From contig CAWFSF010000006.1 of NCBI GenBank assembly GCA_963818475.1, positions 2,016,001 to 2,080,000 on the forward strand: a stretch of 64,000 nt of DNA, given 5' to 3'. The first letter of the stretch is position 1, and each line of letters begins with the position of its first letter. This document shows positions 20,236 through 28,324 of the stretch, one piece after another. Under the pieces are notes generated by a model, which saw only the letters and a program-made list of their open reading frames with translations, was not told where the DNA came from and searched no databases. The DNA is from Nitrospirota bacterium (GTDB lineage Bacteria; Nitrospirota; UBA9217). A program made the position numbers and the translations under genes.

Positions 20236-20646
20236 TTACGGGTTATCAGCCTTGCGTCCCGCTGTCTGCGGGGCTTCGCCGGAGGGCTTCTGATCCTTTG
20301 ACGGCGCCTCCGCTTTCCTTGCTTCCTGCGCCTTCGACAGCGTCTTTTCCAGCCGGATCGAGGCCGGAAGCGTCAGGCGCTTTTTCTCCAGCATTGACTG
20401 GAGGCGCGGGGAGAGCGCCGGCCCCTTGTCCAGTCTCACCCGGGGTTCCAGCGCCTGAAGCATCCCCTCCATCGCCCGCTTCTGCCACTGCGCCAGCACC
20501 ATCCACGGTATCCCCAGCTCCCGGCATATCTCCGCCGGCCTCCGACGCTCCGTCCACACCGCCAGCACCGCCCGGCATTTCTCCATCGCCCCGTGGTTCG
20601 TCGGTTGCCGCTTCTTCTCGCTTTTTATCTTCTCCGCCTTCTCCAT
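20236..20646 (-). CDS. HTH protein overlapping the C-terminal tail of the upstream transposase
   Basis: PAEICRELGIPWMVLAQWQKRAMEGMLQALE aligns with the OrfA-like protein; own SD AAGGAG. Confidence 0.72.
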   Translation of the reverse strand: MEKAEKIKSEKKRQPTNHGAMEKCRAVLAVWTERRRPAEICRELGIPWMVLAQWQKRAMEGMLQALEPRVRLDKGPALSPRLQSMLEKKRLTLPASIRLEKTLSKAQEARKAEAPSKDQKPSGEAPQTAGRKADNP

Positions 20647-21808
20647 GGCCGGCTCCTTCTTCGTTTAGATTGTAGACTACTTCCTGCGTGGTGTCATCTT
20701 CCTCGTCGTCAACCGACAGCCGCAGTTTGCCCTTTTCTGCCCGCAGCACCACTGACTGACCCTCCATGCGGCCCACCATGTAGAACGGCAGACGCGGTTT
20801 GCCCCGGAGCGCCATCTCCAGGAGGTTCTCCTGGATGCCTTGCTCGATTGTCTGCTTAAGCTCGCTCTGGATCTCGAAGTACCGGTCCGCGGGGCACAGG
20901 CCGCCGATACCCTGGTGCGGCCGTTTGTGGTTGTAGTATTTCACCCACTGCCGTATCCGTTCCGCCGCGTCCTCGAAGCTCGCGAACTGAGCCCGGCTCA
21001 GGAACTCCAGGTAGATGGTTTTCCAGAACCGCTCGATCTTGCCCAGCGTCATCGGGTGGTGAGGCCGCGATTTGATGTGGTGGATCTTGTCTTTCTTGAG
21101 CTCCGCTTCGAAACGGCTCTTCCCGTGCCAGCTCGTATACTGTCGCCCATTGTCCGTAAGCATCTCTTTCGGCGGGTTGTACTCGGCGGCCGCCCGCCGG
21201 TATATCTCGATAACGTTTTGCCCTGTCTGGCTTCTGAAAAGCTCGAGCCCGGTTACATAGCGGGAGTAATCGTCGATGTAGCCGATCAGGTACGCATAGT
21301 GGCCGCCAAGGCGGAACGTGAAGATATCCGTCTGCCAAAGCTGGTTCGGCGCTGTTCGTTCGAAAAACCGGGGACGGGTGATGTTGTGCTGCCGCTTCTT
21401 GGGTGGGGCGGTTATCAGGGATGATTCGTGAAGTGTCTTTCTGACGGTCTCGGGGCTGGCGGAAAGGAAGAATGCTCTCTTTAAAACCTGTGATATGCGC
21501 TTGATGCCGAAGGGAGGGTTGGCTTTTTTGAGTTCGACGATTTTCTGCTTCACCGGGGAGGGAAGGCTGCGGCCCTTGCCCCGGTAGTGCGTGGCGAGTC
21601 CGGCTTCACCGTCAGCACGATAAGCGCGCACCCAACGCCCTACCGTCCCACTGCTCAACCCGGATTCCTGAAGAATCACCGAAACCGGGATGCTCTCTTC
21701 TACAAATTTCTTGACTACTTGAAGCTTGAAATCGGATCCATACCTCTTGCTTCGCTTCGGGAACTTCCTTTTCCTCTCGCCTTGCTGTATACTCTTTTCT
21801 GGTTTCAT
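20246..21808 (-). CDS. HTH-HTH-rve transposase (IS481/IS3-like) with long acidic Gly-rich tail
   Basis: YGSDFKLQVV HTH, PNQLWQTD, GYIDDYSRY, MLTDNGRQY, GKIERFWKT, YNHKRPHQGIGG. Confidence 0.9.
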   Translation of the reverse strand: MKPEKSIQQGERKRKFPKRSKRYGSDFKLQVVKKFVEESIPVSVILQESGLSSGTVGRWVRAYRADGEAGLATHYRGKGRSLPSPVKQKIVELKKANPPFGIKRISQVLKRAFFLSASPETVRKTLHESSLITAPPKKRQHNITRPRFFERTAPNQLWQTDIFTFRLGGHYAYLIGYIDDYSRYVTGLELFRSQTGQNVIEIYRRAAAEYNPPKEMLTDNGRQYTSWHGKSRFEAELKKDKIHHIKSRPHHPMTLGKIERFWKTIYLEFLSRAQFASFEDAAERIRQWVKYYNHKRPHQGIGGLCPADRYFEIQSELKQTIEQGIQENLLEMALRGKPRLPFYMVGRMEGQSVVLRAEKGKLRLSVDDEEDDTTQEVVYNLNEEGAGHGEGGEDKKREEAATDEPRGDGEMPGGAGGVDGASEAGGDMPGAGDTVDGAGAVAEAGDGGDASGAGTPGETGQGAGALPAPPVNAGEKAPDASGLDPAGKDAVEGAGSKESGGAVKGSEALRRSPADSGTQG

Positions 21809-21885
21809 GATGACACTCCTTTCAAAACCTAACTTTGGAGTGTCACCCTATTTCCTTAAATTCTGGTTATCATAAACTGGTCGCT

Positions 21886-22707
21886 AGGACACTGTTTACG
21901 CCTTGGATGCCACAACCATTGATTTGTGCCTGTCGTTGTTTCCCTGGGCGCCGTTTCGTTCTACCAAGGCGGCTGTTAAACTGCATACACTGCTTGATTT
22001 GCGTGGCAACATCCCAGCATTCATTCACATCTCGGACGGCAAGACCCATGAGGTCAATGTGCTGGATATGCTGATTGCCGAAGCGGGTGCGTTCTATGTG
22101 ATGGATCGCGGTTATCTGGACTTCAGCCGGTTGTTTGCTTTGCATCAGGCAGGTGCATTCTTTGTGACGCGTGCCAAGCGGGGAATGAATGCATATCGCG
22201 TGTATTCGATGCCGGCTGACCGGGACACAGGTGTAATTTGTGACCAACGCATTATGTTGGATGGGTTCTATATCGCGCAGGATTATCCTGAGCAATTGCG
22301 GCGTATCCGCTTTAAAGACCCGGAATCCGGTAAAACGCTCGTGTTCCTGACTAACAATACGGCGCTGCCCGCATTGACCATAGCCGCGCTGTATAAAGGG
22401 CGCTGGCAGGTCGAGCTGTTCTTTAAATGGATCAAACAGCATCTGCGCATCAAGCGATTTATCGGCACAAGCGAAAATGCGGTTAAAACGCAAATCTGGT
22501 GCGCAGTCGCAACTTATGTGCTGATCGCTATTGCTAAGCGGGAGCTTCATTTGGGCTCATCTCTCTATACGTTGCTACAGATTATTTCAGTGTCTGTCTT
22601 TGAGAAAACACTGTTATCTCAAGCATTCTCAGGCACTTTGTTATTTCAGGAGCAGTATGATACTGCTAATCAACTGAACTTATTCAATATTTAACCGGAC
22701 ACTACTG
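21886..22707 (+). mobile_element. 5'-truncated IS4-family element
   Basis: TVYALDATTIDLCLSLFPWA...VMDRGY...LYKGRWQVELFFKWIKQ (YREK); right IR TAACCGGACACTACTG at 22692-22707; N-terminus and left IR absent. Confidence 0.88.
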
Positions 22708-22734
22708 AGATAGAGATAGATAAAATTAGCTAAA

Positions 22735-22762
22735 AGTATAGGTTTTGTGACGCACGTTAAGA
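22735..22762 (+). other. attI-like site 2
   Basis: AGTATA-N15-GTTAAGA directly upstream of the first attC; same spacing as site 1. Confidence 0.45.
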
Positions 22763-22778
22763 CTTGACAACACAGCTA

Positions 22779-22826
22779 TACCAACCAGCGCGTCGAGTCC
22801 GCCGCTACGCGGCTCACGCGCGCGTT
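22779..22826 (+). other. integron attC site, split at its R' core by IS1182
   Basis: TACCAAC-cagcg-CGTCGAGT...GCTCACG-cgcgc-GTT; hairpin with two extrahelical bases; core continues as GTTATGA at 24637. Confidence 0.78.
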
Positions 22827-24636
22827 GAACCTGTAGGAAAAGTCATTTTATGCTATAATGACGCCATCAAAACGCTGTACGGAATCATCAAAACCCCTCA
22901 CCCACGGGAGGCGCATGGCGAAATACAAGATTACGATTATTCCCAAGGCAAATTCATCCCGATCAGCTTCGACAAACAGATCCTTCACGGCACCTTCGAA
23001 CACACGCTCCATTATCTCATCGACAACGACCTCGACCTTTCCGCCTTTGATCTCCAGTACAAGAACGATGAGACCGGCGCTCCGGCCTACGATCCCCGGA
23101 TTCTCTTAAAGATCGTCCTCTACGCCTATTCCAAAGGAATCACCTCAAGCAGAAAGATCGCCGATTGCTGCAACGATAACGTCATCTTCATGGCCCTTTC
23201 CGCCGACACCCGGCCGCACTTCACGACCATCGCCGACTTCATCTCCTCCCATGACCAGGAAACGATGTAAGCTCTTCCTCGAAGTCCTCCTGATCTGCGA
23301 CCAGATGGGCCTGATCGGCAAAGAGATGTTCGCCGTAGACGGCTGCAAGCTCCCCTCGAACGCCTCGAAGGAGTGGAGCGGAACCAAGGAGGAACTCGAA
23401 CATAAAAAAGCGAAGATGGAGAAGGCCATCCGGGAGATGATCGCGCAAGCACAAGGAACGAGACATAGCTCGAGACCGACAAGGCGGTCATCGAGAAGGA
23501 AGAACAGTACATTTCAACGCTCAAGGCGAAGATCAAGAAGATCAAGACCTGGCTTGCTGAAAACGACGACAAGCCCGGCAGCAAGGGCAAGCCCCGGAAG
23601 AGCAACATAACCGACAACGAAAGCGCCACCATGAAGACCTCGCACGGCGTGGTCCAGGGCTACAACGGCGTGGCGATGGTGGACAGCAAGCACCAGGTAG
23701 TGGTCCATGCGGAAGCGACCGGAGATTCCGAATCCGCAATACTGAAACCCATGGTCGAAGGAACGCGAGAGAACTTCGAGGACAATCGGCAAGGAAAAGA
23801 ACATCTTCAAAAAGACCAAACTGACCACCGACGCCGGCTTTCACTCCGAAAAGAACGTGGAGATGGTAATTGAGGACGGCATCGATGCATACATCGCCGA
23901 CAACAAGTTTCGTCACCGCGATCCCCGGTTTGCGGATGCGGACAAACATAAGGAACGGTTCAACAAAGAAATGGCCAAAAAATTCGACCGGCCGATCATT
24001 TTTCAGCCGAGAGATTTCACGGTTAGCCCTGACAAAAGCTTTTGCACCTGCCCTGCCGGGAAACGGATGTACCGTCACGGGAATGTACCGTTTCACGGAT
24101 TACAGGTTGTCAGGTTCAAAGGAGCGAAACGCGATTGCATCCCTTGTCAACTTAGAGAGAAGTGCTTGAAGAAACCCGACCGGACTGAAGTTCGACAGTT
24201 CGCGCACTTTACCGGAAGGACCGAGAACAAGGAGAAGACGTTTACTCAGAAGATGCGGGAGAAGATAGACTCGGTCGCCGGCAAGCTGATCTACGGACGA
24301 AGAATGGCGACGGTCGAACCCGTCTTTGCCAATGTCCGGAGCAGCCTTGGCCTGGATCGCTTCAGTCTCCGAGGGAAAAAGAAGGTGAGCATTCAGTGGC
24401 GGCTCTATTGCGTCGTGCACAATCTATTGAAGGTGCATCGATACGGGTTTGGATTCGCGGGTAGTTGAGGTAAAGGGAAGCCGAAAGGGAATGAAAAATG
24501 CGGTAGCGAGAACAAATCAGCTCTCCTAAACCGATAAATCAGCAGAATCGATAAAAACTTCCCCGCACCAGGATACACAAAGAACCATATAACGGGGAAC
24601 AGGCAAGCTATTCAAACTGGCTTTTTCTACAGACTC
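22827..24636 (+). mobile_element. IS1182-family insertion sequence (transposase 22915-24468, several frameshifts)
   Basis: GAPAYDPRILLKIVLYAYSKGITSSRKI, AVDGCKLPSNASK, RRMATVEPVFANV; TIRs GAACCTGTAGGAAAAGTC / GGCTTTTTCTACAGACTC; GTT duplicated. Confidence 0.92.
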
Positions 24637-24658
24637 GTTATGACTAAAAGGAGATTTC

Positions 24659-25414
24659 GTGCCAGCACCTGAAACAATAATAAAAAGCTGCTTGTGTATA
24701 TCAGATGTAAGTTGCTACGAAATTGTTAAAGACTTTTCAGGCCCGATTATTGCCGTAGCGGTGGCATTCTTCAGTGTGAAATACGCTTTTAAGCAAATAG
24801 CTGCACAGCACAAAAACACACTCAAGGCTCAGATTGAAGAACAGAAAAGAAATACTCGCATAGAACTATTTAAAGAGGTATGCGGACTAATGGAACAATC
24901 TGATTCGATCATTCGTGAGGTGAATTCATATTGTATGAGGAAAAAATATTCCAATATCGAGATGAAGTCGGATATCAATCATCTAGAATACTTGGATATT
25001 ATGAGCAAGTTTGGCCAAGCACTTATAGCGGTAATAATCAAAGTCGAATCACATGAGATTGTAAATCTAATGCTATTTCGTGTTTTCAGGTTTTCACTTC
25101 AGTCAATACACCATGACTTACTAACAATTCAGTTTGCTGAAGATAGGTTTTACGTACTTGAACGCATACTAGAGCTAACCAGTGATGCTCAAATGTACTT
25201 TAGTGATTTTCAAGTGTGCCTTCAAAATATGGCGTACGGTGAAGTATTTGAATCTGAAGTTCCCAAAAGAGAACCAGCTGATAAGAGATATAAAGTAATA
25301 ACCAACGACCCCGAAAACCTTAAAGAACTTCACAATTACTTCCGGAGTGAAACTGATTGGGGTAAAAACGGTATAAAGTATGAGGAAGAAGCTAAGGAGC
25401 GATTTCCCTCATAA
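24659..25414 (+). CDS. integron cassette gene, hypothetical protein with N-terminal TM segment
   Basis: AT-rich ORF between GTTATGA and the complementary TCATAAC, which contains its stop; SD AAAGGAG. Confidence 0.8.
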   Translation: MPAPETIIKSCLCISDVSCYEIVKDFSGPIIAVAVAFFSVKYAFKQIAAQHKNTLKAQIEEQKRNTRIELFKEVCGLMEQSDSIIREVNSYCMRKKYSNIEMKSDINHLEYLDIMSKFGQALIAVIIKVESHEIVNLMLFRVFRFSLQSIHHDLLTIQFAEDRFYVLERILELTSDAQMYFSDFQVCLQNMAYGEVFESEVPKREPADKRYKVITNDPENLKELHNYFRSETDWGKNGIKYEEEAKERFPS

Positions 25415-25464
25415 CAAGTAAAGACAGCCGACGCAAAAAGACGAGACTGCTTTAAGCGTTCACG
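25409..25464 (+). other. integron attC site
   Basis: TCATAAC-aagta-AAGACAGC...ACTGCTT-taagc-GTTCACG, 56 bp, canonical box spacing. Confidence 0.75.
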
Positions 25465-25594
25465 TGCAAGTTTCAACCGGTAATCGTTAATTCTTCTGAC
25501 TAATCGGAATCCACAGTCATAGGCGAACTCCGCGTTCTGGCAGAGGGTGGTGCGGTAACATGTTACTACGGACATCATTACATCCGTCCCTGCG

Positions 25595-25769
25595 GTAACT
25601 ATTCAGGTGGCTTGAAATCATAGAAAACAAGGGCGTTCCTTGATCTGCCATAATCGCACCATTTCGTCATTCCCGAACGCTTTAATCGGGAATCCAGAGA
25701 TTTTCAACGTCACTGAATCCCCGATAGGGTCATTCGGGGATGACGGATATTAGTTACCTGAATAGTTAC
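25595..25769. mobile_element. MITE with 14-bp TIRs and internal REP-like double hairpin
   Basis: GTAACTATTCAGGT / ACCTGAATAGTTAC; 8-bp direct repeat TCCCTGCG on both sides; internal GTCATTCCCG...CGGGAATCCAG...CGGGGATGAC. Confidence 0.85.
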
Positions 25770-25795
25770 TCCCTGCGTAACAATGTTTTATCGAG

Positions 25796-25991
25796 CTACT
25801 TCCTATAGTATCGCAACATGCAGCGGCAGTAGTCCGCATCGCAGTTCGGTAATGGCAGCTCCGGGACCTCGTTCCCTGTAAACTCAATGCGGCATTTACA
25901 GGCATCACTACCTTCGTCATCCCCATCATTAGACAGCACAACTTCAGTTTCATAAACATCTTGAGCATTGACACTGATTTACGTATTTGTT
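25796..25991 (-). pseudogene. degenerate partial copy of the 3' end of the 26788-27315 gene
   Basis: Near-identical to 26788-26999 apart from a short internal deletion and substitutions. Confidence 0.85.
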
Positions 25992-26017
25992 AGTAAATCG
26001 TATGTAAAAGCCCTGCT

Positions 26018-26046
26018 TGACAATGAGGTCACATTGATATACTATG
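26018..26046 (+). promoter_or_regulatory. TA promoter/operator, probably leaderless
   Basis: TTGACA-17-TACTAT ending a few nt before the ATG; GGTCA...TGACC inverted repeat over the -10. Confidence 0.65.
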
Positions 26047-26051
26047 ACCAC

Positions 26052-26345
26052 ATGCAGACAAAAACCATAGGAATTCGTGAAATGAAAGCCCATCTGAGCG
26101 GCTACCTACAGGATGTGAAACGGGGCGAGGAGCTGCTTATCTCGGAACGGGGCAAGGCCATCGCCCGCATAGTACCGGTAGGCGCTCCGGCAGAGGAAAG
26201 CAAACTGCATTCCGCGCTCGTCAAATTGGCGCTCTCGGGCGCAATCATCCTCCCGCCATCCTACAAACCGCCGCGCCTGCCGAAATTCAGGAAAAAAGTA
26301 AAGGGCTCTCCCTTCTCCCAAGCGATCAGCGAGGACCGGCGATGA
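26052..26345 (+). CDS. Phd/YefM-family antitoxin
   Basis: IGIREMKAHLSGYLQDVKRGEELLISERGKAIARIVP. Confidence 0.9.
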   Translation: MQTKTIGIREMKAHLSGYLQDVKRGEELLISERGKAIARIVPVGAPAEESKLHSALVKLALSGAIILPPSYKPPRLPKFRKKVKGSPFSQAISEDRR

Positions 26346-26767
26346 TGCTCTATGTCGACACCTCCGCACTCATCAAACGGTACGTGGAGGAGGACGGATC
26401 AGATCGCGTCAATGCCCTCTGGAACGGGGCAACGGGGATTGCAACATCGGTTGTCGCCTTCGCGGAAATGATCGCAGCGCTGAACCGTAAAAGGCGGGAA
26501 GGCGTGTTATCAGCCGCTGAGTACACCAGAACGGCAACTGCCTTTAAGAGCGATTATCGCCGCGTCATTCTAGTGCCCGTCAGCGCAGGCCTGAACGAAC
26601 GCATTGAAACGCTAGCGCGGAAACACGCACTGAGAGGCTTTGATGCGATTCACCTTGCATCGGCGCTCGTGATTAGGAACAGTGGGAAAGTTGAAACGGG
26701 TTTCGCATGCTACGACCGCATGCTGAATGAAGCGGCAGGGAAAGAAGGGTTTCAGGCGATCCTATAA
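26342..26767 (+). CDS. vapC: VapC PIN-domain toxin
   Basis: YVDTSALIKRYVEE, LRGFDAIHLASA, ACYD; overlaps the antitoxin stop. Confidence 0.9.
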   Translation: MMLYVDTSALIKRYVEEDGSDRVNALWNGATGIATSVVAFAEMIAALNRKRREGVLSAAEYTRTATAFKSDYRRVILVPVSAGLNERIETLARKHALRGFDAIHLASALVIRNSGKVETGFACYDRMLNEAAGKEGFQAIL

Positions 26768-26787
26768 ACTTACCTCAGTTTCGGGTT

Positions 26788-27315
26788 TTACTTCTTATGG
26801 TATCGCAACATGCAGCGGCAATAGTCCGCATCGCAATTCGGTAATGGCAACTCCGGGACCTCGTTAAACCGAAAACGCTTTCCCTGTAAACTCAATGCGG
26901 CATTACAGGCATCGCTACCTTCGTCATCCCCATCATTAGACAGCACAACTTCAGCTTCATAAACATCTTGCGCATTTTGCACTGATTTACGTATTTGTTC
27001 GTGTTGATAAAATATGCTTTCGGCATGAAGTATACGTTGAGTAACCAGGAAGGCAGCCCCCAATATGTCTTCTTTGCCATGATCCGACAAGGAATGGTAA
27101 TATTTACTGCTAACTTTTGAATTTGCCCTCAACCCAAGTTTCTCTATTTCGTCTCCGGACAGAAGTTCACCCGAAGTCCGTATCTTTCGATCAATTGATC
27201 CGTAGCTTGCTTCTCTATTGTTCAATATAATTTCCAATATCCAATCGAATGAATCCTGCTTAAATAAGCCTGACTGTTCGATCAGCCGTCTTGGGTCTGG
27301 CTTTGTCATTTGCAA
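26788..27315 (-). CDS. hypothetical protein with C-terminal Cys motif
   Basis: AT-rich 175-aa ORF ending C...PELPLPNCDADYCRC. Confidence 0.65.
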   Translation of the reverse strand: MQMTKPDPRRLIEQSGLFKQDSFDWILEIILNNREASYGSIDRKIRTSGELLSGDEIEKLGLRANSKVSSKYYHSLSDHGKEDILGAAFLVTQRILHAESIFYQHEQIRKSVQNAQDVYEAEVVLSNDGDDEGSDACNAALSLQGKRFRFNEVPELPLPNCDADYCRCMLRYHKK

Positions 27316-27387
27316 GTTTCCTTATCATTGAAGTACATCGTCATATATTGAGTTTATCATGTGATCCCCCGGCAGGCAAGGACCTAA

Positions 27388-27521
27388 CAGGCTGTTGAAA
27401 AAAGCATTTTTTAAAGTGTCATCCTGAACGAAGTGAAGGATCTGAAGCAGTTGTAAAACCGAGATTCTTCGCTACGCTCAGAATGACAAATAGTTGGTAT
27501 TTCGTTTTTTCCAACAACCTG
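27388..27521. mobile_element. MITE with IS5/IS1182-like ends and internal REP-like double hairpin
   Basis: CAGGCTGTTGAAAAAA / TTTTTCCAACAACCTG; CTAA direct repeats; internal GTCATCCTGAACGAAGTGAAGGATCT...AGATTCTTCGCTACGCTCAGAATGAC. Confidence 0.82.
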
Positions 27522-27661
27522 CTAATAGCCAGGCTTGATTTGTTGACTTATTTGCATTTCAACCCACTTAACACCACTTCATCCCTTTCGCTTGACTTTC
27601 GCCATTTATGCTGCAATAATAGATTCACGTTGAGGCACTAGTGAGTCATAAGGAGGCACCC

Positions 27662-27934
27662 ATGAAACAGATTACCATACGGAGCATTCCCGAAGAAGTA
27701 AGGAAGACCGTTCAGCGGGAGGCCGCGCAGAAAGGCCTTAGCCTGAACAAGGCGTTCATTTCACTCCTTGAACGGGCGGTGAGCGGCAAGTCTCCGGAAA
27801 AGAAAAAAAAGATCCTCTATCATGACCTCGATCACTTTTCCGGGCTTTGGTCGCGGGAGGAAGCTGCGGAATTCGATAAGAACGTAAAATCCCAGCGAAA
27901 GGTGGATGCTGAGCTATGGAAAAGCACAAAGTAA
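27662..27934 (+). CDS. ribbon-helix-helix-type antitoxin
   Basis: MKQITIRSIPEEVRKTVQREAAQKGLSLN; overlaps the PIN toxin start. Confidence 0.8.
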   Translation: MKQITIRSIPEEVRKTVQREAAQKGLSLNKAFISLLERAVSGKSPEKKKKILYHDLDHFSGLWSREEAAEFDKNVKSQRKVDAELWKSTK

Positions 27935-28320
27935 TGCTCGATACGTCCGCTTATTCGGCTTTTCTCCGGGGGAATGGTGAGATTAAACGGGCACTCCAGG
28001 AAGCGGATGAAATTTATCTGAATGCGATCGTACTTGGCGAACTTTATTCTGGTTTCGCCCAGGGAAGCAGGGAGAAGAAAAACAGGGAGATCCTCAGGGA
28101 TTTTCTTTCATCGCCGCGAATTCAGATCGCCGGACTCGATGAGGAAACTGCTGAACGGTATGCGGCGATCATCACCTATCTCCGGTCGAAAGGGACGCCG
28201 ATACCAACGAATGACCTCTGGATCGCTGCTACGGCTATGCAGTACGGACTTAAGCTGCTAACCACCGATGGCCACTATCGCTCCGTTCCGCAGATCATCG
28301 TTGAATGCTTCAACGTGTGA
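27916..28320 (+). CDS. vapC: VapC PIN-domain toxin
   Basis: MLDTSAY, VLGELYSGF, GTPIPTNDLWIAATA, LLTTDGHY. Confidence 0.92.
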   Translation: MEKHKVMLDTSAYSAFLRGNGEIKRALQEADEIYLNAIVLGELYSGFAQGSREKKNREILRDFLSSPRIQIAGLDEETAERYAAIITYLRSKGTPIPTNDLWIAATAMQYGLKLLTTDGHYRSVPQIIVECFNV

Positions 28321-28324
28321 ACTT

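Larger units (their letters stand above)
18793..21872 (-). mobile_element. four-ORF insertion element with two DDE domains (IS3/IS481-related, unclassified)
   Basis: Imperfect TIRs TGATAA...GAAAATTGGGTGACACT and AGTGTCACCCTATTTC...TTATCA; TG...CA ends; TAA direct repeat at 18790-18792 and 21873-21875. Confidence 0.85.

Noticed and set aside
18793-21872. Composite of two independent ISs, or an IS21/Tn7-like element
   Set aside because: No internal TIRs or target duplications between the ORFs, and no AAA+ ATPase (IstB/TnsC) gene.
21870-22550. 226-aa minus-strand ORF inside IS4
   Set aside because: Antisense to the IS4 transposase; no independent evidence of coding.
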